Of a DNA stretch of 64,000 bases, positions 50,031-63,300 are shown in pieces (the first letter of the stretch is position 1; every line of letters starts with the position of its first letter). The notes below the pieces were generated by a model. It was not told the DNA's origin. It ran no database searches and saw nothing but the letters and a program-made list of their open reading frames with translations. This DNA is from Octopus sinensis (lineage: Eukaryota), in assembly GCF_006345805.1 (NCBI RefSeq), contig NC_043020.1:18476001-18540000 (forward strand), read 5' to 3'. Made by a program: the position numbers and the translations under genes.

Positions 50031-51948
50031 CTTGATGCCAACTCATTTCTTTCTGCCTTTCATTTTTCTCTTAGATACCTGTAATATACTGAGGGACAGT
50101 CAATTATGTCCATAAACAATAAATGAAAGACTTTGTTTCTTTGTAAGAATAGTAGGAAGAGTGTGATCAAGATGAAACAATCCGTGGTTTCCAGTTTCAT
50201 AATGTTTCTGAGTTAAAGCCTTACCAGATTCGTTAATCACAACTATTTAGCGCTTAGGGACTTAGCTGCCATTTTGTACTTTGGTAAATAGGTAACAAAA
50301 GCATCATTTTGAATTCTTGTCTGTTTAACCTTTTTATTGTCATATTTCTGTTGAAATGCATTGTTTTTCTTTCAATTAATTTTGAAAACATGATGAAGAA
50401 TTTGGTAAAATAACTTTGTCATTGTTTGGATCATAAATTAACATGAAATTTCAGTGGGAAGTTTTAAATATAAATAATTTTAAAACAGGAAAATAGTGTC
50501 ATATTATGAAGAACAGTTTTGCCTGAAAAGGCTTAACGAATATAAAAGAATTAGACGAAATAGTCTTTGTGGTAAAACAAGAAACCAATGATTATGATTG
50601 TTGGAAAGGAAATGGTTGGAGACTGAGTCTTGCATCTTGTTGGAAAGTTTTCTGTTTTTTTTAGACAGTTGTGAAGCCTAATGTGGATGCATGTTTATTT
50701 GGTTGAAATAACTGCATGGTTTGAGCATCCTTGTTTTGTGGAGGTGGGGTGGGTAGGTGGGTGTCCATCCTGCGATTAAACTAACCTTAATCTTGGTCAA
50801 GCCGAAATGCATCATGGAATTACATATAAATATGTATATATTTTTACTAACTTCCTTTGTTTTAAATTAGTCCAGAAACCTGCCACTAACTTTGAAGCTT
50901 AAAAGCATAATGTCTGAATGCATGGAAATATATTGCAGGTATGGTCCTATGATTGAGAAGTTTTGTTTTGCAACCATGTAGTTCTAGAGTTGATTTATAC
51001 TGCATGGCTCTTTGAGCTACTGTTCTTTGTTGTAGCCTTAGGGTAACCAAATGCATCATGAATAGAAATTTGATTGAAACTTCGAAGAAGCCCATCATGT
51101 AAATATGTATGTTCAGCAATGGAAATCGGTGTCCCAAAAACATAATAGTTAAAATAGGAATGCATTTGAAAATATTCTATGAGCCCTCACCCCTACATGC
51201 AGCAAAGAGATTCCATCTTTCTCTGAATAAACTAACTGCAGCTCATAGAATGCATGTGCACGTGTGATATTGTACATTAGCAGTTTGCAGTTGGCTCTGA
51301 CATACCAGCAAGATAAAATGAAGTATTTTGACCCTTGTGCGGAGTTGAGCATTGAAGGGTTGATGCAGAAGCGGGTGGCAGTAGATGACTTCATGCAGCA
51401 AAGTTGGTTGCACGTATGTGTAACCGGGGCATGAATGCTTGACCCAGGAAGCTGCAGCCTGCAGTGCAGGGACATCATCATCATCATAATTATCACTTTA
51501 GCGAGAGGTAATTTTTATCCCCACTTAGATATGTATGTTCTGTTAGAACTAACTATACTGCGGGTAGATACCATGAGAGAAACTCACATATTGGCTTTTG
51601 GTGTAAGATGCACTCTTGTTTATGTCACTAGAGGGGAGATTAATCCTTGCCACCCCCAGTGCTGAGACCACCAGATTACAGGATTTTGATCTTCTTTGGT
51701 TTTATCAATGATGGATGCTCGACTGCTGGAGATAGCAGTGACTCATCTCCCTGCTAGCGAGATATATATATATATATATATATATACATGCAATTGTAGC
51801 ATGGAAGATGTTTATAAGCCATTTAAGAACTCTCACACACATAAAAAAACAAAAAAACTTTAGATTCACTTCAACATTTAAATTTAATTTGGTTCAAAAT
51901 ATTTTTGTTGCTTTGAAACTGTGACCTGTTCACTGATAAAACTTTGTG

Positions 51949-51997
<49 letters not shown>

Positions 51998-52109
51998 TTC
52001 CCCTGTCGCTTTCACTTTAAGAATTGCAGTGACTCAGTAACTGGTCTGTTTGAAACTCCTGCAGCTAACAGTGGTTATTGTTCATCTAAGATAGAAACTG
52101 AAATACCCC

Positions 52110-52144
<35 letters not shown>

Positions 52145-53465
52145 GGCATAATGCACTGATTGTATGAACAGTTACTGTTCATACAAAGATGGGGTCATCT
52201 GTTTGCAGTTTTCCTTAAAGCTTGTCTGGCCATTGATCTGTATGTATTGAAAGGACTTGGTGGGAGAGGAAGCATTAACTTGCTTGGAAACGGGTGAGAG
52301 CTGACCTGAAGAGCATTCAGCAGCAGAAACTCTGTTGCAGTGAAATTTGTCTGACCTGTGCCAGCATGCAAAAATGAATGTTAAAATGAGGGTAATGATG
52401 GTCTAATTGACACATACATACAAAATTGAGTATTATCCTTATTATGTTGCCAAGTGTGAGGGGTGAAGTTATGGCCAGTGTTATTTAATGGTAGATTGTA
52501 ATCCTGTCTTGTGTGAAGACTTGTCTCTTCTTTTAGTTTAACTTGTAAGCTCTGAAAAAATGGAGAGCCAGAACTAAGATGCAAAGATCCTTGGAGTTGG
52601 TAGAAAGATTCATTCTCCTCCACCAATTAGTTATAGTTTAGCTCCAGGACCAGTGCCAATTAAGAAGAACTAAGATCAAAGGTATTTCTTTAGTGACTCT
52701 CTTGTATTTTTTAGGGTTAAATAATCTAGTGTATCCTTCACTTTATTTTAAGATGGTGATGGTGTGATTTGCAGATTTGGTTACATTTTCTAGCAAGTTA
52801 TGCAACCCCACAGAATATTTTTGATTGGTTGAAAAAAAAAAATCTCTATTCATCATTGATTTTTTAAAAGTTTCACTTGAAAATGAAGGTGACGATGGAG
52901 AGGGAGGTGTAGACTGCTAATATTTATTGAAAGGTGGATGAGGGTAGTGGAGTGGATCAGACCATGCCTGTAAATTGGAGCAGAGCAAGTGGAGAGGGCA
53001 ATTGTTCTTAGCATTTGTCAAAATGTTTAATGATGTGATTTCTCGATTGATCCTAGATGTCCTCCTGTATTTGGAGGATTGCAGTTTCTTCATCTTTTTT
53101 AATGCCATTTACCATGTATTCTTATGTTTTATGTAAACTTTATGCCTGTTTTTGTATTGTCCCTTTCATCATTTTCCCTTGTGGCAAACAACCTCGTTAT
53201 TATTAAGGCAATGAATTGGCAGAATCAGAAGAGTATCAAAAAAAATACATTCTTGGACTTTGTTTTAAATTCAAATTCTGCCATGGTCAACTTTGCCTCC
53301 AAGATTGATAAAATGAAATACCAGTCATGTACTGGGATTCTCAGTAGTGACTTACCCACTTCCCTTCAAAATTGATGTCTTTGTGTCTATATGGAAAATT
53401 ATTATTTTGGTTATTTTTTTTAAACATGCTAAATTTTTTTATTTTTATTTTCTTCATTCTTTTAG

Positions 53466-53586
53466 ATATTTGAAAGAATCCTGTATATATGGGCCATCCG
53501 CCATCCAGCCAGTGGTTATGTACAAGGAATTAATGATCTTGTGACGCCGTTTTTTGTTGTCTATCTTTCTGAGTACATTAGCAATG
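53466..53586 (+). CDS. TBC1D22: TBC1D22 exon 8 (glutamine-finger exon): IFERILYIWAIRHPASGYVQGINDLVTPFFVVYLSEYISN
   Basis: TAG acceptor, GTATGT donor, 121 nt, phase 0-1; YxQ motif GYVQG. Confidence 0.97.
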
Positions 53587-53606
53587 GTATGTATTACTCT
53601 TTACTC

Positions 53607-53965
53607 TTTTACTTGTTTCAGTCATTTGACTGTGGCCATGCTGGAGCACCGTCTTTAGTCGAACAAATCGACCCCAGGACTTATTCTTTGTAAACCTAGT
53701 ACTTATTCTATCGGTCTCTTTTGCCGAACTGCTAAGTTACGGGGACATAAACACACCAGCATCGGTTGTCAAACGATGTTGGGGGGACAAACACAGACAT
53801 AGAAACATATACACACACATACATATATACATATATATATACATGCATAGGACGGGCTTCTTTCAGTTTCCATCTACCAAATCCACTCACAATGATTTGA
53901 TCAGCCCGAGGCTATAGTAGAAGACACTTGCCCAAGGTGCCACGCAGTGGGACTGAACCCGGAAC
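53607..53965 (-). mobile_element. SINE family 1, about 20 nt downstream of the exon 8 donor
   Basis: Full-length reverse copy. Confidence 0.85.
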
Positions 53966-54264
53966 TACGCCCACTTTTCTGATTTCACTGATGTCAGTCG
54001 TGTATCAGTCACTTTTTTTCAACCCTTTAGCATTTCAACCAGCCATATCTGGTCCAAGCACATCATTGAAATCTCGACACAAAAAGATAATGCATGGTTA
54101 ATTCAAAACAGTGTTTATAAATAAACATTATATTTGACAGAAAAATCTGAATGCTAAAGGGTTCATGTATTTGTAACAGGATGAGAGATTCCTGCACTGG
54201 ATGAGTGCAGCTCGCGTCCTTTACATTAAATATTAATCGAAGAAAGCGTCAAGGTTTCCGATTA

Positions 54265-54690
54265 ACTTCAAAAGCCAGGTACAGAGCTTTATCTTTGGCT
54301 CGGTATTTCTCCCGCAGCTGTCTTACCAGAAATATAGCATCAGTGGTGCTTTTCCCTGGAACAAACTCAAACTGCATATCATCATCATCATCGTTTAATG
54401 TCCGTTTTCCGTGCTAGCACAGGTTGGCCGGTTCAACTGGGGTCTGGGAAGCCAGGGGCTGCACCAGGCTCCAGTCTGATCTGGCAGTGTTTCTACAGCT
54501 GGATGCCCTTCCTAACGCCAACCACTCCGCGAGTGTAGTGGATGCTTTTTACGTGCCAGGGGAGTTTGGCATCGGCCACGATCAGTTGGTGCTTTTAACG
54601 TGCCACCGGCACGGAAGCCACGTTTGGACGGTGCTTTTTATGTGCCACCGGCACAGAAGCCAGTCGAGGCGGCGCTGGCATCATCTTCTT
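54265..54690 (-). mobile_element. RTE LINE RT fragment (54265-54378) abutting an RTE 3'-UTR fragment (54380-54690)
   Basis: The minus strand reads MQFEFVPGKSTTDAIFLVRQLREKYRAKDKALYLAF; the adjacent (ATC)n tail and UTR match 36858-37150. Confidence 0.8.
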
Positions 54691-55632
54691 TTAATAAACT
54701 TATCCATTTTAGTCTGTTAATATGAATCCTCTTGCACAAAGAACACAGATTACTAACAGTCAGACTGAGACAAGTGACCAATGAGCTGTGAAAAGTGGCT
54801 TTGTGTTACATATTATCGGACTCATTTGAGAAGCCTTTCAAAATTAATTGAAAAGGCAAACATTCTTGCTGCTATATGAATGAAAAGCATTGAAATTCAG
54901 TCACAATATGTGAGAATGTATTAAAAAGATTTAACTCAACATCGTATATTGTAGTTCAGTAGTTTGTTTTTTACGCTTATTATTGAAATGAAAACTGGTG
55001 AGGCTGCGACCGAAATAAACTAAAACATAGTCGTGCTCTGAATACGTTCATAAGATGTCAATTTCAAGGATAGATTGATGCTAATTTTGTTCTTATCTTT
55101 ATGAAATTTCAAATTCAAAATTGAATAACACTGTCATACCATAATTAGCCTAAATGAATTGAATGACACAACCACCTCTCATTCTTAGTTTAGAACTTAG
55201 TATTTAGTTTTTTGCCTGTTAGTCACTTATATATGAACTTTCTAGTGAATTATTTTGGAATATAATCGTACTTTTTTTGAGGTGCACCTAAGTCACATCT
55301 TGCAGCGCATGGTTTTGGGAACCACTGGTCTAACTTCTGAGTACAATGTTGAGAGTAAGTGTTGATAAAAATAAAATACTAATCAAGCAGTAAGGCTGAT
55401 TCAATCTTATATTACAAAAGAGAAGCTGATTTTCATCATTTTTGCCCATAACAACATCTGTACAGAGAGAGGGAAGAAGGGGAGGAGAAAAAGTTGTTGA
55501 GAGAGAGAGAGTGTGGAAGATAAATAGGTGGTGTTGTTGCTTTAGTAACTAACAGGTTTTGATTAAAAACTCGGAAATTGAAGTGCAAATCTGTGAACAC
55601 AATGCTACATAGACTTAAGAAAAAAAGCAGAC

Positions 55633-55679
<47 letters not shown>

Positions 55680-56206
55680 GTTTGTATGTATAAATTCATA
55701 TAGTTATTTTTTTCAGTTGTTTTTGGATGGGGTCGGGGGTTCTCTTTGTCTTTCAACACATAAACAACAGACAATGCAACTTGGATTTCAAAAAAAAAAA
55801 ATTACTTTGAAAAGTTTATGAAGGTACACGCATGGTTAATAAATGTTTTTACTGACAGTATAGCAATGGATAATGACCTAGTTAATTATAACCCCCCCCA
55901 CACACACAAATTGTTTGTAGTTGTGTTAGTACTGGAAATTATTATTTTATTTTACAAAGATGTGTTATGTACATTTACAACCTAGTCACTGATGTTACAA
56001 TCTACAGAGCAATACAGTTGAACCAGATGGTGCTGTGTGACAAAAGACTCCTCCTTTACATTGCATCTCACCAATTTGATTATAACTGTATGATGGTAGA
56101 TTGATATTTAATATAGACAGATGAGTTGTTCAACTGACCTATTTTACTACTATACTGCACAGCTCTATGTCAATGCTGATTAAGCATACCTATCATCACA
56201 ATCGTG

Positions 56207-56540
56207 AAGGCACATGGCTCAGTGGTTAGAGCATCGAGCTTACGATCGTGAGGTTGTGAGTTTGATTTCCGGACCGGGCTGCGTGTTGTGTTCTTGAGCA
56301 AGACACTTTATTTTATGTTGCTCCAGTTCACTCAGCTGTAGAAATGAGTTGTGACATCACAGGTGCCAAACTGTATCGACCTTTGCCTTTCCCTTGGATA
56401 ACATCAGTGGTTTGGAGAGGGGAGGCTGGTATGCATGGGCGACTGCTGGCCTTCCATAAACAACCTTGCCTGGACTTGTTCCTCGGAGGGTAACTTTCTA
56501 GGTGCAATCCCATGGTCAGTCATGACCGAAGGGGTCTCCC
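56207..56540 (+). mobile_element. tRNA-derived SINE, family 4
   Basis: TGGCTCAGTGGTTAGAGC A box, B-box-like GAGTTTGATTTCC, then TTGTGTTCTTGAGCAAGACACTT..CTCCAGTTCACTCAGCTG core. Confidence 0.7.
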
Positions 56541-56872
56541 ATCATCACAATCAGTCCCACTGCGTGGGACCATGGGCAGGTGTTCTACTATAACCCCAAG
56601 CTGAGCAAAGCTTTGTGAATGGATTTGGTTGATGGAAACTGAAAGAACTCCTTGTGTGTGTAATTGTAATTGTTCAGCCAATGATTTGTCTGAGTCTGTG
56701 TTTTTACACCGAAGCAATTAACATGGTAGATGAGTAAATTAGTAATAAAACACAAAGTTGTTTTAATTCACTTCAAATTTATTTCGTGGGGTGTTAACAT
56801 TTTGGCACACAACTGCAACCTGGTCTTTGACACTGCAAATTGGTATTATTGTTTCTTTTTTTTTTTCTTCAG

Positions 56873-57055
56873 ATATAGAAGTGGAGAACTGTGACTTAAG
56901 CAAACTCTCAATTGACACATTAAACATCATCGAAGCCGACAGTTTCTGGTGTACAACGAGATTACTGGATGGTATCCAAGACAACTACACATTTGCTCAA
57001 CCTGGTATTCAGATGAAAGTGAATGCTTTGAAAGAGTTAGTGAAACGGATAGATG
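56873..57055 (+). CDS. TBC1D22: TBC1D22 exon 9: DIEVENCDLSKL...IIEADSFWCTTRLLDGIQDNYTFAQPGIQMKVNALKELVKRID
   Basis: CAG acceptor, GTAAGT donor, 183 nt, phase 1-1; EADSFWC..LLDGIQDNYTFAQPGIQ is conserved. Confidence 0.97.
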
Positions 57056-57993
57056 GTAAGTACATTAGTGAAGTATTGCTGACCAGGATTGAATTTAGAT
57101 TATAAATAAACTGACCACACCTATTCTTTTCATTCAATGGACTGCAGCCATGCATTGAAATATCTTTTTTATAAATCATAGCAATACATAGAGGACATAG
57201 AAACTAAAACTCAGAGAAATTTTCATATTGACATCCTAAATAAGTTCCTTATACCACACATATATAATTTAATCTGACAGAATTTAAGTTATTTCATCTC
57301 ATTTAGTACCCAGCTGTTGTACAAAACACTGAGAAATAAACCTTGACCTACTTTATGGTCTTGGGCTCACAGTTTTGTCCTTTTAACCCTAAGGTTGTGA
57401 TGAAGTCAAATATGAAGTAATTTTTATAGCCATATCAAGTTTCTAAATCCCCCCCTCCACTTTCTTTCTTCTATCTAAAACCAAAGTAACCTAGTAAAAT
57501 GTGTTAGCCACACATAAATAAACTCAGTTTGCTTTGAACCACTTATATAGACAGACCTTGAATAAAGGTACATAGTTGAAAGCAGTTGGCTTCAAATACA
57601 ACTACTAATTATATATGCAATAGAAACATGTTGGTCATATCTAAAACAATTATGCTGTCTAATTAACTGTAAAAATAAAAATTTTTAAAAATAGGCAGCT
57701 GTACCAGGCTCTGTATTTGTTGTGATTGTTTTTGATTTACACACCCGAAAATATTCATAATCCAGTGAAGCAAAACCAGGATTTACTCATTGGATGAAAT
57801 ACAGTGGTATTGCTTGCCCTAGGTAATCTTAGGTGCTCATTACTACTTGGTGCAGTTGGCCTGAACCCAGACTATACCTGATTGCTCGTATGGTACTTGT
57901 CTGGATGATTTATCCCTCTATTCTCATCACATATATTATATGTGTGTATATATATAGTCCAACCTATACCAGCATGGGCAATGGATGTTTATC

Positions 57994-58030
<37 letters not shown>

Positions 58031-58254
58031 CTGTTTCCTATGTAGAAAAGGTTTGAAATAATTGATTGTATTGTCCCTAGTATTTGATTTTATAGGTGGG
58101 ATTTGAACATAAAATATTGTATGTGTGTATATATATATATATTGGGGTCATCCCATAAACAATGCGGTTCTTTTATACTTCTTTTATTTTTCAAAATTAA
58201 GATAAAATCCTTTTAATCTAAAATATATTGTCTTTCATTTTCTACAATGCTCTT

Positions 58255-58700
58255 CTATCTATCTGGCAGACGGTGGCGGCTGCTGCTGCTGCATTTCATC
58301 CATCTTCATGTTCGGAGTTCAAATTCTGCCAAAATTAACTTTAGCATTCATTCCTTCGAGGTCGATAAAATGAGTACCAGTTGAGTACCGGGGTTAATGT
58401 AATCAACTTACCCTGCTACCCCTGAACTTGCCGGCCTTGTGCCAAAATTTGAAACTATTATTATTACTATTATTATTAAAGTGGTGAACTGGCAGAATCG
58501 TTAGTGTGAAATGCTTAGCAGTATTTCGCCCATCTCTATGTTCCAATTTCAAATGCTGCCAAGGTCAACTTTGCCTTTCATCCTTTCGGGGTTGATAAAT
58601 TAAGCACCAGTTGAATACTGGGGTCGATGTAATTGACTCATCCCCTCCCCAAAAAAGCTGCCCTAGTGGCAACATTTAAAACCATTATTATCATTATTTC
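58255..58700 (+). mobile_element. Head-to-tail pair of SINE family 2
   Basis: Same core and ATT linker as the other clusters. Confidence 0.7.
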
Positions 58701-59066
58701 ATATATGCACAACAGATTAGACTGTTGTAAATAGAAAAATTATAACATTGGGCTACAACAAGCAACCTTAGATGCCAAGAACCTTCCTAAATATCCTAGT
58801 TGTCCCTAATAATACTCTTTTCTGAATCTACCTTAGACTAGGTTTTTTGTTTATTTCTGCTATCCATTTGTTCAAATCTTTAGGAATAGTTCCCTAATGC
58901 ACCTATGACTACAGGGATTCATTTTACCAGCACACTGTCATGTAACCCCATATCATATTGTTTTGTTTTGTACTGTCCTCGATATGTTTGTAAACCCTTA
59001 GTGGTTAATAAAGAAATCATCATTATTATTGTTTACAGTAAACGTATGTACTACTCTGCCTTTCAG

Positions 59067-59194
59067 TTCCATTATATAAACATTTAGAAAAACATAATGT
59101 AGAATTTCTCCAATTTGCCTTCCGATGGATGAACAACTTGCTGATGAGAGAAATTCCTTTGCGCTGTACCATTCGTTTGTGGGACACTTATCAG
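59067..59194 (+). CDS. TBC1D22: TBC1D22 exon 10: VPLYKHLEKHNVEFLQFAFRWMNNLLMREIPLRCTIRLWDTYQ
   Basis: CAG acceptor, GTAAGC donor, 128 nt, phase 1-0. Confidence 0.97.
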
Positions 59195-59659
59195 GTAAGC
59201 TAGGAGACTCCGTGAAATCTCTGACCATTTCACCTCGTATTACAGTCATGGAATTCCATTGATGTAGCCAAGCCATATTAATTCTACTTGTGACACACCA
59301 ACATGAAAACCTATCTCTATGTGGTTATTTTACATACCAGAAATAGTAACCGCATCTCTCTCTCAAATTTTTCTCTCTCAGTTGTTTTAACTCTTTCAGT
59401 CATTATCATCATTGTTTTAGTGTCCACTTTTCCATGCTTGCATGGGTCAGACAGATGTTGTTGAGGCAGATTTTCGATGGCTGGATGCTTTTCCTGTCAC
59501 CAACTCTTAGTTATTTCTAAGCAAGATTCTAAGCATTCTCCCCTGACCAGACAAATTTTTCATGAAAGATTGGAAATGAACATTATCACTTTCATTGAGA
59601 GTGATGCTCATTCACAGCTGTCACATGATGTCAAGACAAGAGTGCACTATAACATCATC

Positions 59660-60485
59660 TTTGACAGCCTTCTGGCGACTCCAGTTTAGGTGGAGCTCTT
59701 CAGCTCTGTGAACTAGTTAACATAAGAGACTCCAATGTAAAACCTACAGCATTCTAGTCACTACAGCCATCCTCTCCCTCTGTATCACTGAGGTCATACC
59801 TTCAAATCTGAAGAGTAGGACTGGGTTGCTATGTCTTAATTAGCATATTATGAAAGAAACTCCAAGCACAAACCCTCACTGCCTTGTCAGTAGTCCATTG
59901 GGAATGAAAAAGGCAAGTGAGGTCAACCATGAAAGCAAGTCAAGGATTGGAGTCCCTGAGGTAGTCCAGTGCCCACTTTGACAGCCTTCCAGCAACTCCA
60001 GGGTAAGTAGAGCTCTTCAGCTCCATAAACCAATGAAACATAGGAGAAAGCTACTCTGATATAAAATCTACAGCCTGTTGGTCACCACAGCCATCGTAGC
60101 CCTCTGAGCCTCTGAGGTCAGACCTCCAAGTGTGAAAAGTGGGATTGGATTGCTATGGGTTAATTAGCATGTTATTGAAGAAACTACAAGCATAAACCCT
60201 CAGTCTTGTCAGTGCCATGGGAACGAAAATGTTGAGGGGAGTCAACCTTGACAGCGAATCAAGGAATGAAGTCTTTCAGGTTGCTCAGTACCCACTTTGA
60301 CACCATTCTATCAATTCCAGGGTAGGTGAAGCTCCCCAGCCCCTTGAGGCAATTCACCTAGGAGAAAGCTACTACCGATTTAAAACCCACAGTTTGCTGG
60401 TCACCACAGTCATCTTAGTCCTCTGAGCCACTGAGGTCAGACCTCCAAGTCTAAAAAGTGGGATTGGGTTTTGTGGATTGATTCT
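59660..60485. repeat. Degenerate tandem repeat, ~320-bp unit x 2.6
   Basis: Units start TTTGACA at about 59660, 59976 and 60296 and share GAGCTC..CAGC, GTCACCACAG..CATC, CTGAGGTCAGACCTCCAAG and TAATTAGCAT. Confidence 0.8.
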
Positions 60486-60763
60486 CACTTTACAACTACT
60501 GGGAACAGGAAGGAAGAAAAACCCTGCAGCATCAAGGATTGGTTTAGTCACGTGAGGGCATGCTGCTCTTCCTTGTGATCTTCAGTCATGAAGAAACTGT
60601 TGTCATCATAGTCAAGACAATTATGAAATCATTGTATGTCTGAAGATGATAAGAGACTAGTGATTATTAGTGAAATCTTGTAACTTTTTTTTTTTTTGAC
60701 CAAGACACATATTCTGTTTGTTTGAATTCATCTCACTTTTTCTTTTTATGTCTAAATTTCTAG

Positions 60764-60859
60764 GCAGAAATAAATGGTTTTGCAAATTTCCACCTTTATC
60801 TCTGTGCTGCATTTCTTACACGATTTTCCATTGATATTCAACGAGAAAAAGATTTTCAG
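60764..60859 (+). CDS. TBC1D22: TBC1D22 exon 11: AEINGFANFHLYLCAAFLTRFSIDIQREKDFQ
   Basis: TAG acceptor, GTTTGT donor, 96 nt, phase 0-0; FHLY.CAAFL is conserved. Confidence 0.95.
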
Positions 60860-61509
60860 GTTTGTTTATATAATTTACTTCCTTCTCTAGGTGCTAACTA
60901 TTATCTGTTGTGTGTGTGTGTGTGTATACACTGAAGTGCCATATTTTGTATTATTCATTTTTACCAGATTTGTATATATTTTAATACAGACTATTCTGCC
61001 ACATTGATTGTGTTAGTGCTCACTTTACTGTTTTTGATGGTAAAGTAAGTACTAATACATTCAATGTGGCAAGTGCATTAATTACATTAACAAAAGGTTG
61101 TCTTTTAACTGTGTATACATTTAGTATGATACACAGGTGGCAATTTTAACTTAAGGCTCTTTCAGTTGCATGCACCAAGTTTTGTTTTCAATAACTCAGC
61201 AGGGCATGTAGTCTGATTCAGAGACAGTGATTTTGATTTAAGACTGTTTCAAGTGTGTTCACTGTTTTTCTGCACATATGTGTCTGTCTGTCTCTGTCTC
61301 TTTGTTATTGTTATTTAGTTTCCAGGCCAACCCTAATTGAAGGTCAGGTATTCCAGACATGATCACCTGTTTATTCACGAGTGCCTAGAACTATGTCATC
61401 TTAATGCCCTTTCCAGTTTTAAGACAGTAGGGTGTGATTTGATGAGGATTTGGCTGCTATTTCTAGCAGCTCAGCAACTTATATATTATGTTTGTATACA
61501 TATACATAG

Positions 61510-61883
61510 GCGTAGGAGTGGCTGTGTGGTAAGTAGCTTGCTTACCAACCACATGGTTCCGGGTTCAGTCCCACTGCATGGCACCTTGGGCAAGTGCTTT
61601 CTACTATAGCCTTGGGCTGACCAGAGCCTTGTGAGTGGATTTGGTAGACGTAAACTGAAAGAAGCCCATCGTATATATGTATATATGTATATATGTGTGT
61701 GTATGTTTGTGTGTCTGTCCTCCCAACATCGCTTGTTTACGTCTCTGTAACTTAGTGGTTTGGCAAAAGAGACTGATAGAATAAGCACTAGGCTTACAAA
61801 GTATAAGTCCTGGGGTCGATTTGCTCGACTAAAAGGCGGTGCTCCAGCATGGCCACAGTCAAATGACTGAAACAAGAGTAAAA
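61510..61883 (+). mobile_element. SINE family 1
   Basis: Full-length copy in the last intron. Confidence 0.85.
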
Positions 61884-61984
61884 GAGTATGTGTGTGTGAT
61901 TTATATATATATAAACACCTGTTTGTAGTGTTCAAATGTCTCTTGATAATTGATTATTATTCTTATTATTATCTCTCTTTTTAG

Positions 61985-62119
61985 GGTATACTGATGTTTC
62001 TCCAAAACCTTCCCACTCACCACTGGCAGAACGAAGAAATTGGCGAGTTATTGGCTGAGGCATTTAAGCTGAAGTATATGTTTGCTGATGCTCCCAACCA
62101 TTTAGTTCAGAAGTCATGA
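61985..62119 (+). CDS. TBC1D22: TBC1D22 exon 12 (last coding): GILMFLQNLPTHHWQNEEIGELLAEAFKLKYMFADAPNHLVQKS*
   Basis: TAG acceptor; TGA at 62117-62119; LQNLPT.HW..EEI..LLAEA..LKYMFADAPNH matches the TBC1D22B C-terminus. Confidence 0.97.
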   Translation, partial: GILMFLQNLPTHHWQNEEIGELLAEAFKLKYMFADAPNHLVQKS

Positions 62120-62689
62120 TGTCCTCACTACTGTTGAAAAACTGCTAAGCTGACTGTTGAAAATATATTTAAAAGAAAAGCAGAACAAATGAACAAAATA
62201 ATAATACCACTACAGCAACAACAACACCATGAACAATAATAGAATCAAGCTTTCGACTTTAATTTTGCTTCATTTTGGTCAAGCACTTGTCGAAAATTTT
62301 GACCAGATGTCTTTATCGCAACCTCCTTATCTCTCTCTCTTTGCTTCTCTCTCTCTCTCTTCCCCCCCCCTCTCTCTCCATTCCCCGTTCATGCGCTGCT
62401 CACATTTGCAGTTGTGTTTATCTGCAGGGTTTGCCCCTAATCAAAAGACTTTTCCAAGTGAGAAGGCTTTTTATTGGTACCACAGAAAGATTGTTTTTAC
62501 CTGTGTAAAGAACTGAACTGGTTTCATCGTTACCTTCTGTGATACTGTACAGGTTGATGCTGTGTGGGTGTGTGTTCACACAGGTACTTGTATTCACTCA
62601 GGCATTCTCATATAGATGATTGCACATGTGTATGCATAATCAGATGTGCACACAGATTTGTACACAATGTACACATATGTACACAATGC

Positions 62690-63300
62690 ACATTTATACC
62701 TATATATATCTATCTATCTATCTATCTATATATATATCCATATATATATTTATACATATATATATATATATGTACTTATACATAGACATATATATATATA
62801 TTTATACATACATATATAAATATTCATACATATATATCCATAATATATATATATATAATACATATCCATCCATACATATATATCCATATATATATACCAT
62901 ATATATATATATATATACACATATATATATATATATATATATACATACACATATATATATACATACCATATATATATATATATACACATATATACATACA
63001 CATATATACATACACATATATATCCATATATATATATATATCCACACATGCACACACACATATATATATCCATAAATATACATGTGTGCACAACATACAC
63101 GTATTTCATATGAATATGCATACAGTCATATGCACAAGTACACACACTTAATATAGATAGGCATGCTCACAGACATTCATCTGTGCAGATAATGCATACA
63201 CATACACACATATACTTAATATATGAATGTATGTGAGGCATACTTACAGATATTTATATGCACACACACACACACACACACACACAAATATGCACATATG
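62690..63300. repeat. Long imperfect (TA)n/(CA)n compound microsatellite
   Basis: Directly visible; source of the spurious Y/I/H-rich ORFs. Confidence 0.9.

Noticed and set aside
50075-50092. Strong-looking acceptor (TTTTTCTCTTAG) in intron 7B-8
   Set aside because: Followed by a stop within 6 codons in the phase-0 frame, with no clear donor or homology; polypyrimidine-AG strings are common in this DNA.
61486-61935. 149-aa minus-strand ORF and similar ORFs at 30281, 27044 and 4787
   Set aside because: Chance open frames through SINE family 1 copies.
62620-63145. ORFs of 90-151 aa rich in Y/I/H/M/C (also 3918, 4670, 11878 and others)
   Set aside because: Translations of (TA)n/(CA)n microsatellites, which lack stop codons.
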